The notes under the pieces were generated by a model that saw nothing but the letters and a program-made list of their open reading frames with translations, was not told the DNA's origin and ran no database searches. A stretch of DNA of 53,207 bases from NCBI GenBank assembly GCA_028688935.1, contig JAQTXE010000001.1, positions 1 to 53,207 of the forward strand, read 5' to 3'. The position numbers were made by a program, and so were the translations under genes. Below are positions 33,855-44,007 of the stretch, piece by piece. Numbering within the stretch: position 1 is the first letter of the stretch; the number at the start of each line of letters is the position of its first letter. This DNA is from Syntrophales bacterium (GTDB taxonomy: Bacteria > Desulfobacterota > Desulfobaccia > Desulfobaccales > 0-14-0-80-60-11).

Positions 33855-34489
33855 TGGCCAAGGACCCCATTGCCTCTTTGGAAGCCTTGGAGAAGAACCT
33901 GGTGAAACAGGTAGCAGGCGTGCTGAACAAGACCCTGGCGAGCGTGGTGAGAAAGCTCCAGACCCAGCACCTGACCGGGGGCACCACGGACAACGCCCTG
34001 GGCAAGCGCTCCGGAACCTTAAGCCGGGAGATCATCCCCACCCCGGCCCATGCGGACGCGGCCACGCCGAATTTGATCACCGCGGCGTTACACGCTGGCG
34101 TGAAGTATGCCGGGGTGCATTTCGGACCCCGGGGCACGTCCGTGACGATTACGCCTAAGAACAAGCAGTTTCTGGCCATCCCCACGGACTTCGCCAAGAC
34201 CCCGGCGGGGGTGGCCAAAGGCGGGCCGCTCGACCCCATCTGGGGTCCGACCTTCATCAATAAGGGCGTGATCTTCGGCTACCACGGGGGACAGCGCGGG
34301 ACCACCGAAGGCGTGCGGCAGCGGGCCGCGGCGGGGCAGGCGGTGAAGAAGGGCGAGATCATTCCCCTTTTCATCTTGAAGAAATCGGTGGTGGTGAAGC
34401 GCCGCATCGACCCGCACATCGACTTGATCCTCTGGGCGAAACCGAAGTTTCTGGCGGATCTGAAGAAAGAGGCTTTGAAGGTTGGGTAA
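33854..34489 (+). CDS. Phage neck/head-closure protein (HK97 gp10-like, tentative)
   Basis: 211 aa with a TGATG overlap. LGKRSGTLSREI...VKYAGVHFG resembles the gp10-family RtG-L-rS / YA-x-HE pattern. Synteny fits. Confidence 0.35.
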   Translation: MAKDPIASLEALEKNLVKQVAGVLNKTLASVVRKLQTQHLTGGTTDNALGKRSGTLSREIIPTPAHADAATPNLITAALHAGVKYAGVHFGPRGTSVTITPKNKQFLAIPTDFAKTPAGVAKGGPLDPIWGPTFINKGVIFGYHGGQRGTTEGVRQRAAAGQAVKKGEIIPLFILKKSVVVKRRIDPHIDLILWAKPKFLADLKKEALKVG

Positions 34490-34938
34490 TGGCGGACACC
34501 ATCAAGACCCAGGTCCTAAAGACTCTGGAAGCCATGCTGCAATCGGTCCCGGAGCTGGGCTCGGTGCACCGCCGCCCGCCCTTGAACGTGGACCTGGACA
34601 AGGTTAAGACCCCGGCGCTTTTCTTCTGGGACGAAGAGGAGAGAAAACCCCGGAACCGACTGATGCTGGGGGTGATGCGTCTAACCTTGGCGGTATTCAT
34701 CAGGCTCACTCCCGGAAGCGACCACGGTTTCACCGCCTTCTCGGACCTGGCGGACACCATTGCCGGGAGAATTCATGGCATCCTGGCCCATCCCGCAGCC
34801 CTGGCAGGCAAAGCAGTGAATATCCAGGAACTGACCACCCGAAAGGCCCTGGCCAACGAGCTCTTCGGGGAGTTGGTTCTGATCTACCAGGTAACCTACG
34901 CGCATTCCTCCGGGAATGCCTTTAGCACCAGTTATTAA
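34489..34938 (+). CDS. Phage neck/tail-completion protein (putative)
   Basis: 149 aa with a TAATG overlap. Its position between the connector genes and the major tail gene is the only evidence. Confidence 0.35.
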   Translation: MADTIKTQVLKTLEAMLQSVPELGSVHRRPPLNVDLDKVKTPALFFWDEEERKPRNRLMLGVMRLTLAVFIRLTPGSDHGFTAFSDLADTIAGRIHGILAHPAALAGKAVNIQELTTRKALANELFGELVLIYQVTYAHSSGNAFSTSY

Positions 34939-34950
34939 GGAGATGACAAA

Positions 34951-36108
34951 ATGCTGCCTCCCAGCACCGAAAACCTCACCATCCCCGGGGGCATCAAGCT
35001 CTTTTTCGATGCCGGCGCCGGCGAGCGGGATCTGGGGAACATCGTGGACCTGGATCTCGACCCCAAGACCGAGGAGTTGAAGCACTACACTAACCGTTCG
35101 GGCAAACGCCGGGTGGACAAGGTCTTCCCCATTGAGGAAGAGCTGACCATGAAGTTCAAGCTGGACGAGCCGGTGGCGGAGAACCTGGCGGCCTACTTCA
35201 AGGGTGGTCCCGCAGAACTGGTGGGGGCCGGGAGCGCCCAGGTGACCGACCAGAAGGTGACCCTTAACGGCTTGATCCTTTCTTCTTTGGGCAAGTACGG
35301 CCTCTCGGCCATGACCGTCCGCCAGTTCCTGGATAAGTGCTTCCGTTATGATGGCGCCGCGTTTGTGGATCACTCGGAGGAGGGGGACACCGAGGCCGGG
35401 ACACCCTTCGACGCTCTCCAGGATGCGGACGATGTCCTTTACCTGGGCAAGAACACTCTCTTTAAGGAAGTCTATGCGGACCTGGCGGTGAACGGGGCCT
35501 ACACCGGTATTGCCTGGGAGTACTGGGACGGGAGCGCCTGGCAGGCCCTGGCGGTCTCCGGCGCGGGAGCTAATCTCGATGCCGACGGCCCCATCACCTT
35601 CATGCCGCCTGGGGACTGGGCCAAGACCACGGTGAACGGCTATACCGGCTATTTCATCCGGGCCAAGGCCACCGCGGTTACCACCGCGGCCACGGTGAAC
35701 TGCTTTAGGCAAAACCTGGTTCAAAACGCCGACTACATCCTGGACCCGGGGCGGGCCGGCGTTGACGGCCGCCTGGTGGGCCGTGCCGGCCGGCTGGCCA
35801 GCGGCAAGATCGCCGATGGGGAAGAGGTGATGGCGAGCTTCACTTACACCACCTGGACTGCTCTGCGCTTCCCCATTGCGGCCGGGAACTTTGTGGAAGG
35901 CGCGGCCCGGCTGGAGTGCCATCCGGCAGAAGGCCGGGGCCTGCGCTTCGATATCGAAATTCCCCGCTGCCAACTCAAGCCCAACGGGGCCCTGACCCTG
36001 GACGACAAAAAGACCCTGGAGGTCCCCATGACCCTGGAGGTCCTGGACAACTATAGCGCCACCCCGGACTACCCCTACGGCCGGGTGGTGATGCTGAACG
36101 AAGTTTAA
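34951..36108 (+). CDS. Major tail (tube) protein, putative
   Basis: 385 aa with an AAGGAG RBS. It lies immediately upstream of the chaperone pair and the tape measure gene. Beta-rich sequence. Confidence 0.5.
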   Translation: MLPPSTENLTIPGGIKLFFDAGAGERDLGNIVDLDLDPKTEELKHYTNRSGKRRVDKVFPIEEELTMKFKLDEPVAENLAAYFKGGPAELVGAGSAQVTDQKVTLNGLILSSLGKYGLSAMTVRQFLDKCFRYDGAAFVDHSEEGDTEAGTPFDALQDADDVLYLGKNTLFKEVYADLAVNGAYTGIAWEYWDGSAWQALAVSGAGANLDADGPITFMPPGDWAKTTVNGYTGYFIRAKATAVTTAATVNCFRQNLVQNADYILDPGRAGVDGRLVGRAGRLASGKIADGEEVMASFTYTTWTALRFPIAAGNFVEGAARLECHPAEGRGLRFDIEIPRCQLKPNGALTLDDKKTLEVPMTLEVLDNYSATPDYPYGRVVMLNEV

Positions 36109-36126
36109 TTCTTGAGGAGGTCTTAT

Positions 36127-36549
36127 ATGGGCGGAAATGACCAGGAAACTAAGATGCCCATCGTTAAGGAAAACGAGGTGGCCGCGCTCTTTGCCGAAGA
36201 CAAGATCGGTGATTACACCATCAAGCCCTGGACCCTGAAGCAGTTCCAGGCAGTCTATCCGGCGCTTAAAATCATCGTCGCCAAACTCCTGGAGCAGGGT
36301 CTGACCGTGGAGAACCTGGACACCTTCTTTCTGGAGCGGGGCCTAGAGGCCATGGAAGCGGTGCTCCCGGAGCTGCCCCAGTTGATCGCCGCCACCTTAA
36401 GGCTTGACCTCAAAGAAGCGGAAGAGATGGACTGGGGCCTGGCCGCGGTGGTGGGCATGAAAATTCTGCTCCAGAACACTGGTCCCTTAAAAAACTTATC
36501 GAGCCTGGCGGCGGGGAGGATGCCCGGCGCCGGGACCGCCACCCTTTAA
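36127..36549 (+). CDS. Tail assembly chaperone (lambda gpG analogue)
   Basis: ATG 36127 after GAGGAGG (36114-36120). 140 aa and acidic. It lies directly before the tape measure gene and contains the slippery heptamer near its 3' end. Confidence 0.7.
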   Translation: MGGNDQETKMPIVKENEVAALFAEDKIGDYTIKPWTLKQFQAVYPALKIIVAKLLEQGLTVENLDTFFLERGLEAMEAVLPELPQLIAATLRLDLKEAEEMDWGLAAVVGMKILLQNTGPLKNLSSLAAGRMPGAGTATL

Positions 36550-36887
36550 GCTTAACCCTAGCCCTGGAGGAGTTGATCAGCCGGGGCCATTCCTTAAACG
36601 ATCTTCTGGACGGCTACCCGGTGGAGCTGCTGAAAAACCTCCACCGGGCAGCCAGGGAGAACAGGCGGAGAACCCTGGTTGAAGCCACCCTGGGGTTCTC
36701 TATAGCCGTGGTCAATGCCCTGGACTTGGCCCTGGCGAGTGGCAGGGGCCGGGTCCTGGAGACTTGGCTTAGGAGCATGGAAGAAGGAGAAAAGAGTGAA
36801 TCTTCCCGGTCCGGGAAACGCCTCATGACACCCCGGGCCCTCCAATGGTTCCAAAACTTGCCGGTGAGTAAAAGAGACCAACCTTAA
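36127..36887 (+). CDS. Tail assembly chaperone frameshift product (gpGT analogue; joins 36127-36495 to 36495-36887 by a -1 shift)
   Basis: The ORF-track entry 36573-36887 is in the -1 frame relative to 36112/36127 and has no ATG/RBS of its own. Its stop overlaps the tape measure ATG (TAATG at 36885-36889). Confidence 0.6.
36489..36495 (+). promoter_or_regulatory. Programmed -1 ribosomal frameshift slippery heptamer A_AAA_AAC
   Basis: In the chaperone frame the codons are tta aaa aac (36487-36495), giving X_XXY_YYZ = A_AAA_AAC. The -1 frame is open from 36495 to the stop at 36885-36887. Confidence 0.65.
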
Positions 36888-39586
36888 TGAACGAAGAACT
36901 GGGAGTCCTGGTCGCCAAGCTGCAGGCGGACGTCACCGACCTCAAAAAGGGGCTTATTGACGGCCGCAACGACCTCAAGTCCTTTAAGGGCATGGCCCAG
37001 GAGGTGGGGGCCCAGGTGAAGCGCGCCCTCACCTTTACGGGTGTGGCCGTGGGGCTCTATGAGATTTTGGGGCGGCTGAAGGAATTCTCCCGGGAAGCGG
37101 CCATGATTGGGGCCCGGACGGAATCTTTGTCGGTGGCCATGTACCAGGTGGGGAAAAACGCCGGGGTATCGGCCCAGACTCTCGATTTCTACGTGGACCA
37201 GCTGAAAAAGGCCGGGATCACCACCCAGGAGGCCATGCTGGGGGCCACCAAGTTCATGTCGGCAGGGCTCGATTTATCGAAGCTGGCCGAGCTGGCCACC
37301 CGGGCCCGGGATATCGCCGTAGTCGCCAACGTCAATACTTCAGAGGCCTTTAGCCGCGTCATTCAGGGGGTGATCAGCGGCGAGCAGGAGACGCTGAAAC
37401 GGCTCCTGATCAACGTCGGCAACATCGATGACCTGATGAAAAAGTGGTCTGAGACCATGGGGGTCAACAAAGACCAGATCGGCGCGGTAACCAAGGCCAA
37501 TTTGCTCTTAAACGAGGTCCTGGAAAAAACCACCAGGTTCGCCGGAGCTGCCGCGGCCGCTGATGAAACGGTGGGCAAGAAGTTGGCCAGCCTGGCCCGG
37601 TATGCGGAAGAAGCTAAAAATGCGCTCTGGCCCATCTTCCAGCCGGCTTTCCTGGCCTGGGTCCAGGAAATGACCAGGGGCTACAAAGACCTCGAAAGCT
37701 GGGCCAAAGCCAACAAGGACCGGCTGGCGGAGTGGGGCCGGACCGGGGCCGAATGGGTGAGGTGGCTGGCCACCGGAATCCGGGATATCGGCAGCTTCAT
37801 TGCCGAAAACAAGGAGCTGCTGAAAAGGCTGGCGGAGCTCTATATCGCTTCCAAAGCGGCCGGCTGGTTCATGGAGCTTGGGGGGTCGCTCAAGAAAACC
37901 GCGGCCGAAGTAGGGATTGTGGCGGCTCTGTTGGGGAGGCTGAAAACCCTGGTGGGTGGCCCCTGGCGGCTGGCCATCACCATTACCTTGCTCGGCTTTT
38001 ATGAAGCCTGGAAAAAGATTCAGGAACTGCGCAGGCAGGCTCCGGATTGGCGGGCGGACAAAGGGCTCGCCCAAAATATCCAAGACAGCCGGGCCAGGGA
38101 CCGGGACCGGATGTCCGGGGAGATGGATACGGCCAATCTGAACCTGGCAGACGATGCCCGTCGCCGGGGCCTGACGGTGGAGAAGTACCAGGAACTGCTC
38201 AAAGAGGACCAGAAATGGGCCATTGAAGGCCGGTACCGAAAATTCACCGCGCCTTCCCGGATGCCCCCGGTACTCCCCGAGTACGAGACACCGGAGGAAC
38301 GGGCGGCCCGGGAGGCCAAAGAGGCCAGGGAAAAGGCGGAAAAAGAGCAATACATCGGCAAGCCCAAGGACAAGGGCGGGAAGAGTGCTCAAGAAGAAGA
38401 CCTCTTCGGCGCTTACTTGAAGGTCCTGGATCAAGAGCGCCAGGCGGAGGTCCAGGCGGCCCAGGATTCCCTGGAGCTCTTGAAATCCACGAACGAGAAG
38501 AAAAAGGCTGAACTGGAAAAGCAACTGGCCGAGGGCCTCATTGACGGCCAGACCTATTACGCCAGGCTCCAGGAGCTGCAAAAAGAAGAGACCGATGCGG
38601 CCTTGGGGCTGATCGAAAAGAAGAAAGCCGCTCAAATCCAGGCCCACCGGGACGCCCTGGCGGACATCGACCGCCAGGAGATCAGCCCGGAAATGGCCGG
38701 ATATTTACGCCAGCAGGAAGAGGCCAAGCACCGCATGGTGATGGCGCAGTTGGCGGCGGAAGCGGCCCGGGTGAAACTCGAAGGCGAAAAGAAGGTTACT
38801 GAAGAGCTCAAAAGGCAGCTGGAGGTCCAACAACAATACAAGCGCCAGGCTGAGGACTTGGGTATTGAAACCGGGGTGCTCTTGGGGGCCATTTCCCAGC
38901 AAGAGGCGGCCCTCCAAAAACTTTACCTGGACTGGCAACGAACCAAGCAGGAAGCCCTTAAAGCTGGAGCTTCCCCGGAATTTTTTCAGGCTCTGGAAGC
39001 GAATTATCAGGCAAAAAAAGCGGATACTCAATTCGGTGGTTATGCCTCCGCCATTACCCAGGGGGTCAGCTCCCTGGTGGACGCCCTGATGGAGGGTGGC
39101 CAGAACCTGAAGCAGGCGGCCCACAACATTTTTAAGAGCATCTTCACCGAAGCTATGAAACCGGGCCTGGAGCAACTTAAAGGCTTACTGGTTTCGGGTT
39201 TCAAGAATCTTTTCGGCGAGGTGGGAACGGCCGTCAGCAGCGCCATCATGGGGGTGATCGGCTTGATTGGGATGCTCCTCACCAGCGGCGGGGGTAGCTC
39301 TTCCTGGTCTCCTTCCGGGGTGACTTCCGGAGTCACGGCTCATGAGGCGGTGCGGGGGATTATTGCGGGCCCCACCTCCATCCCCATCGCCGAGATCGGG
39401 GAGAGCCTCCAGGACGCCCTGGTGCCCACCAATGGGATCTTGAGCCAGATTGAAGAAAACACCCGGGGCATCAAGGGGCTGTCTCTCCAACTCACCATTC
39501 CGGGGTTGGAAGAGGCCCTGGAAAAGGCCTTTTCCGGGTATCTGGAAAGGTATTTTGAGAACCTCCTGCAAACAGGAGGGGTTTAA
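36887..39586 (+). CDS. Tail tape measure protein
   Basis: 899 aa. TP901-type core (GARTESLSVAMYQVGKNAGVS...LGATKFMSAGLDL...ARDIAVVANVNTSEAFSRVIQGVISG), long coiled-coil middle, Gly/hydrophobic C-terminal segment. Confidence 0.85.
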   Translation: MNEELGVLVAKLQADVTDLKKGLIDGRNDLKSFKGMAQEVGAQVKRALTFTGVAVGLYEILGRLKEFSREAAMIGARTESLSVAMYQVGKNAGVSAQTLDFYVDQLKKAGITTQEAMLGATKFMSAGLDLSKLAELATRARDIAVVANVNTSEAFSRVIQGVISGEQETLKRLLINVGNIDDLMKKWSETMGVNKDQIGAVTKANLLLNEVLEKTTRFAGAAAAADETVGKKLASLARYAEEAKNALWPIFQPAFLAWVQEMTRGYKDLESWAKANKDRLAEWGRTGAEWVRWLATGIRDIGSFIAENKELLKRLAELYIASKAAGWFMELGGSLKKTAAEVGIVAALLGRLKTLVGGPWRLAITITLLGFYEAWKKIQELRRQAPDWRADKGLAQNIQDSRARDRDRMSGEMDTANLNLADDARRRGLTVEKYQELLKEDQKWAIEGRYRKFTAPSRMPPVLPEYETPEERAAREAKEAREKAEKEQYIGKPKDKGGKSAQEEDLFGAYLKVLDQERQAEVQAAQDSLELLKSTNEKKKAELEKQLAEGLIDGQTYYARLQELQKEETDAALGLIEKKKAAQIQAHRDALADIDRQEISPEMAGYLRQQEEAKHRMVMAQLAAEAARVKLEGEKKVTEELKRQLEVQQQYKRQAEDLGIETGVLLGAISQQEAALQKLYLDWQRTKQEALKAGASPEFFQALEANYQAKKADTQFGGYASAITQGVSSLVDALMEGGQNLKQAAHNIFKSIFTEAMKPGLEQLKGLLVSGFKNLFGEVGTAVSSAIMGVIGLIGMLLTSGGGSSSWSPSGVTSGVTAHEAVRGIIAGPTSIPIAEIGESLQDALVPTNGILSQIEENTRGIKGLSLQLTIPGLEEALEKAFSGYLERYFENLLQTGGV

Positions 39587-39843
39587 TGCAAATCCTGGCC
39601 CCTTTCTCTCCCCATATCAAGGGTGGCGGGGTGATCACCGTGATCGCCGATAGCCCGGAGCAGGCCCTTTTTTGGGACTTGGTTTCTTACGACCCGGCCA
39701 CCGGGGAAGGCCCGCCCCTGGGGTCCCTGCGCTGGCCGGTCACCAGGGCCGATAAAGCGGGGTTGTCGGTCAATATCTACCTGGCCCCGATTGATCCCGG
39801 TTTGGCCGGGAAGATTGACCGGGTAAAGGTGAGGGGGGCCTGA
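39586..39843 (+). CDS. Small tail-module protein, hypothetical
   Basis: 85 aa. TAATG overlap with the tape measure gene and TGATG overlap with the next gene. Confidence 0.5.
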   Translation: MQILAPFSPHIKGGGVITVIADSPEQALFWDLVSYDPATGEGPPLGSLRWPVTRADKAGLSVNIYLAPIDPGLAGKIDRVKVRGA

Positions 39844-40772
39844 TGCTGGAGCAGATTTACACCAGCACGAAGGTGGTGAACTTCGTCTCCGGGGTGCAGC
39901 CTGGCGGCTTTTGTTATCTCGCCTCCTGGGACGCCTTTTTTCTGCTCAATTTCACCAGGGTGGACAAGGTCTTTAGGGACGGAACCCAGGTAAACATCGG
40001 CAACCCCGTTTCCTACTGGTCCCTGGGCAACCGCCAAGGAGGACGGCATTTCTGGTTTCCTTATACCACCTCTCCCCTTGATTGTTATGCCGCGGATGAG
40101 ATTACCGGCCAACCCAGCTTGGCGGAGGTCCTCAATCCGGCCTGGAAGATCCCTTTCGGGACCTGGCGGGCCGGGGATTACCTGGACGAAGTGGCCGGGC
40201 TTTTTCTCCACAACGCTTACAACGGGCTAATCAAAATCTTTCGGCTCGCTGACGGCGTGCAGACCGGGCAGATCCAGGTGCCTTCCGGCCCCTCTAATGA
40301 TTCCCTGGCTTATGTCAGCCCGGGGAAGGCCATGGCTTTCCATAAGGCAAGCGGCAAGGTGGCCCTGCTGGACTACCTTATCCCGGCCTTGGTCTGGGAG
40401 AGCAAGGTGGCGCCTTTTACCGCCGTGGCCTTCGATTGCCGCCACAACCTGGTGGCGGCCCTGGGTGCGGATGGGAAACTTAGGATTTACCTGCTTACTC
40501 CGGTCCCGGCTTCCTTGTCTTCCCCGGCCTTCAGCCCGGCTGGCGATCCCTACCGGCTTGGCGGCAAGAAAGTGACCACCCAGCTTACCGGCGATATGGG
40601 CGAGCCCTGCCCGGATTACTGGGTTCATTGGCAGTTGTTGGGAACTCCGCCCCAGGGGAGCCTTTGGAAAGACAAGAGCAAGACCGACGTTCAGGGCGTG
40701 GCGGAAAATTTCTATTTCGGCCCGGCTGACACCACCGGGGAAGAAACTATCAAGGTGCGGGTGATCGTCTGA
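39843..40772 (+). CDS. Tail/baseplate structural protein, hypothetical
   Basis: 309 aa, translationally coupled on both sides. No motif recognised. Confidence 0.5.
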   Translation: MLEQIYTSTKVVNFVSGVQPGGFCYLASWDAFFLLNFTRVDKVFRDGTQVNIGNPVSYWSLGNRQGGRHFWFPYTTSPLDCYAADEITGQPSLAEVLNPAWKIPFGTWRAGDYLDEVAGLFLHNAYNGLIKIFRLADGVQTGQIQVPSGPSNDSLAYVSPGKAMAFHKASGKVALLDYLIPALVWESKVAPFTAVAFDCRHNLVAALGADGKLRIYLLTPVPASLSSPAFSPAGDPYRLGGKKVTTQLTGDMGEPCPDYWVHWQLLGTPPQGSLWKDKSKTDVQGVAENFYFGPADTTGEETIKVRVIV

Positions 40773-41857
40773 TGGCGCTTTATCCCATATCCGTGAAAGC
40801 CCCTTGCCTAACCTATCACCTTTGGGATGGGGTGACGCCCTTTATCCATTACAACGATTACCTGGTGACGCCTCCCCGGATTTACGACGAATCCCTTAGT
40901 TCCATGGGCCATTTCTTTTACGATCCGGGGACCGACAAACTGGTAGGCTTCGCCACTTTCAGCATCTACCATTGGCCCGGCTGGGCCGTCTGGCGCTATG
41001 AATGGGACCCGGTCACCGGGGCCTTCCTGGGGCGGTCTTCGGCCAGTATCTTCGCCATGGCCTGGGCCAATCATGCCGGGCCCGGCAGTTACGGCGCCAT
41101 CTATACCACCTGGCGGACCGGCTACGCCATTTCGGAGGTCAAATCGAGCACCCTTAGCCATTCCTTAGGCATGTGGGAGATCAACCCCTGGGCCTGGGAC
41201 CCCCAGAGGATCTTCAATTTTGCGGTGATAAACCGGGAAAATAAGATCATCGCCGGGGTGGGCTCCTGGTATCTGGAGACCTGGGATATCTCGGGCACGC
41301 CGTTTATGAAGGGCCAGTTGCGGCTGCCGCAACCCCTGGGGTATCTGGCTTATGAAGACCGCAAGCACTGCTGGGCCATTACCAAAAACGGCCTGATCGC
41401 CAAGGCCAATTATCAAATCCCCCGCTGGGAGATGCTCTCTGCCGTCCAGGATCCGTCACCCGATGCCGTTAATTACCTGTGCGCCTTTGACACCAAAAGG
41501 AAGCGCCTGGCGGTCTTCAGGCAGCGGCCGGACGCGGCAGACGGCGCCTGTCAATGCCAGCTGGAGTTCTACTACCCCCTCTACCGGGTAGCCGGGCTTA
41601 CCGAACCGGTGCCGGTCTCGCGCCTCAAGGCCGGGGACCTGGTCAGGTTCGTGGCCCATTTGTACGGGGACACCGGGGAAGGGGTGGCCAGCTACTTGCT
41701 CCAAGGGGAACTCCTTTCGCCGGCCACCGGGCAACTTCTCACCCCCATGTCCGGCGCGGAATTATGCGGCGGGGCCACCTTCCGGTACCGGGCTCCGGGA
41801 CCCGGCGCCGACACCTTGAGAATTTCCGCCACCATCACCGATGGGGAGGGGGCGTAA
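40772..41857 (+). CDS. Tail/baseplate structural protein, hypothetical (W/Y-rich beta protein)
   Basis: 361 aa, coupled to its neighbours. No motif recognised. Confidence 0.5.
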   Translation: MALYPISVKAPCLTYHLWDGVTPFIHYNDYLVTPPRIYDESLSSMGHFFYDPGTDKLVGFATFSIYHWPGWAVWRYEWDPVTGAFLGRSSASIFAMAWANHAGPGSYGAIYTTWRTGYAISEVKSSTLSHSLGMWEINPWAWDPQRIFNFAVINRENKIIAGVGSWYLETWDISGTPFMKGQLRLPQPLGYLAYEDRKHCWAITKNGLIAKANYQIPRWEMLSAVQDPSPDAVNYLCAFDTKRKRLAVFRQRPDAADGACQCQLEFYYPLYRVAGLTEPVPVSRLKAGDLVRFVAHLYGDTGEGVASYLLQGELLSPATGQLLTPMSGAELCGGATFRYRAPGPGADTLRISATITDGEGA

Positions 41858-42409
41858 ATGGCAGAGCTCACGGCCCAGACGACCTTTACTATCCAGGAGC
41901 CGCCTGAAATCTACCAGGAAACGGTGGATTTGGTCCTGCTCCCGGAAAACGCCGGGTCCCTGGCCTTGCGAGAGCTGCGGTATCCCGGGGACACCCTCCC
42001 CCCTTTGATCTACGGACAGAACCCGGACAAGTGGGAAAACTTCGATACCGCGCCTTTAACGGCCCGGCCTTTTCTGAAGGGCGAGATGACCCTGGCCGAT
42101 TACAGCCTGGCCCGCTGGCCGGGGTATCTCAAGGACCGGCCCGTCCGGGAAATCTGGTCGGGCTCGGATAAAGAAAGCCGCATGGAGGCTTATTTCTTTA
42201 GGCGCCTGTGGGAATACTTCGCCAACCCACCGGTGGCCGGCTTCATCACCTGGAACCCCAAGGACCGGATCGACAAAGCCTATAACATCGAGATCGAAAG
42301 CCTCATCGCAGGCGGCCAGGACACGGTCACCCTGGATTACCTGGCCATCCGGGAGGGGTTGATCACCGGCGAAGTGGTCTTCACTTTTCGGATCATCGGG
42401 GAGGCCTGA
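41858..42409 (+). CDS. Tail/baseplate structural protein, hypothetical
   Basis: 183 aa. The start is 1 nt after the upstream stop. Confidence 0.5.
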   Translation: MAELTAQTTFTIQEPPEIYQETVDLVLLPENAGSLALRELRYPGDTLPPLIYGQNPDKWENFDTAPLTARPFLKGEMTLADYSLARWPGYLKDRPVREIWSGSDKESRMEAYFFRRLWEYFANPPVAGFITWNPKDRIDKAYNIEIESLIAGGQDTVTLDYLAIREGLITGEVVFTFRIIGEA

Positions 42410-42411
42410 GT

Positions 42412-44007
42412 TTGCGTCCGCTCACTGAGACCCTGGAAGCGGCCCTGAACAGCGGCAAAAGGCGGCCCGCTTACAAAATCTACGCCTTCGATCCGGCCCT
42501 GGACTCACTGGGGGAGATCGTCCGGGGGGAGTATGCCCAGGTGCCTTATGATCTTACCCCCTTTTGCGAGAACATTTCCTGGTCCCCGGCCAAGCTCTCT
42601 TTCACCCTGGGGGACCCGGAAGGGCTGTTTCATCCCGACAGCGGCACGGCCCGGGGCTATCTCCAAGACGGCGCCATCATCCGGCTGAAGGAAGGGGATG
42701 CGCGGGTCTCAGAAGACCTCTGGCCCTGGACCTTCACCGGGTTGATTAGGGGGCAGATCGGCTGGCAGAAAACTCGAAAGTCCCAAAGCCTGGCGGCCAA
42801 GGTGACGGCCTACAGCCGGGAGAATTCCCAGAGCTTGAAGCGCCGCAAGATCACCAGCAAGGAATACACGGTGGGGACGGAATTGGGAGTCTTTTTGTAC
42901 GACATCGCTAAAGATTTCATGGGGCTTAACCCCGAAGAAATCCGCATCCCCCCGGTCCTGGGCTTGCAGCTCCGCCACAAGGTCAACCAGATCGCCCAGA
43001 TGTCTCCCTGGGACGCCATCTCCACCATCCTGGAGACGGTGGGGAAGGTCCCCTACTTCGACGGCGACGGCCGGCTGACCTGCATCGATAAGAATATGCA
43101 CCGGCTCCCCGATCGGGTGCTGCCGGATTACATCCGCATCCACGACTACCAGATCCCGGAAAGGAGCCAGGACACCATCAACAAGATCAAGGTGGTCTTT
43201 CTGGATGCGGCCTTAGAAAGGGTAGATGGTCCCTACCAGAAGCTGGGTCAGGCCCAGGTGACCACCGGGTTTTTCTCCATGCATGAAAAGCTGGAGTGCT
43301 GGTGGAGTGAAGACCGGAAGCAACGGGCCTCGGGCACCTCCATGAAGGTGCTCAAATCGGTCAACTCCGGGATTCTGCCCGTGGGCACGGAACGCTATGA
43401 AGAAAAGGACGAATTCCACGGCGAGATCCACGTGGACATCGCCGTCTGGGTGCCGATTTTGGCCACGGTGATGCTCCTGGAATATCTGGCCGCGGCCGCC
43501 ATTCCCGACCAGACCAGCGGCGGCCAGCCGGTACAGGTGGCTCCCATGAGCGGGACCGGCATTACTCTCCCCTTCGGGTTCACCATCTCCTGGGGCCGGT
43601 TGCTCCAGGCCCAGGCCATGGGCGCCATCATGCTCATCATGATGTCTTTGGGCAGCGCACAGTATGAAATCTGGGGGACCCCCTATGACTACGCCTACCT
43701 GGAGAAGGAGAGCGTGGCCATCGAAGAGGGGCTGGAATACTGGGAGGAAAACGAAAGAGTCATCAAGAACGACTTTCTGGGGAGCTACGAGCAGGCGGAC
43801 AGCCTGGCCATCCTGGAGCATATCTGGGAAAAGTCCAACGCCTACCCTCGGAAACTCCTCATTGACGACGACCTGGCGCTGGAGATCGGAGACATCCTGG
43901 TTTTGCCGGACGGCCGGAAATTCATGATCTCGGGCATGAGCAAGGCCGTGCGCCGGGGGGAAGTGCCGATTCTGGCCCTGGAGGGCTTCAAGGTGATGAC
44001 CCCGTGA
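42412..44007 (+). CDS. Large tail-tip/baseplate protein, hypothetical
   Basis: 531 aa, TTG start. Contains one hydrophobic segment (IAVWVPILATVMLLEYLAAAAI). Synteny only. Confidence 0.45.
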   Translation: MRPLTETLEAALNSGKRRPAYKIYAFDPALDSLGEIVRGEYAQVPYDLTPFCENISWSPAKLSFTLGDPEGLFHPDSGTARGYLQDGAIIRLKEGDARVSEDLWPWTFTGLIRGQIGWQKTRKSQSLAAKVTAYSRENSQSLKRRKITSKEYTVGTELGVFLYDIAKDFMGLNPEEIRIPPVLGLQLRHKVNQIAQMSPWDAISTILETVGKVPYFDGDGRLTCIDKNMHRLPDRVLPDYIRIHDYQIPERSQDTINKIKVVFLDAALERVDGPYQKLGQAQVTTGFFSMHEKLECWWSEDRKQRASGTSMKVLKSVNSGILPVGTERYEEKDEFHGEIHVDIAVWVPILATVMLLEYLAAAAIPDQTSGGQPVQVAPMSGTGITLPFGFTISWGRLLQAQAMGAIMLIMMSLGSAQYEIWGTPYDYAYLEKESVAIEEGLEYWEENERVIKNDFLGSYEQADSLAILEHIWEKSNAYPRKLLIDDDLALEIGDILVLPDGRKFMISGMSKAVRRGEVPILALEGFKVMTP

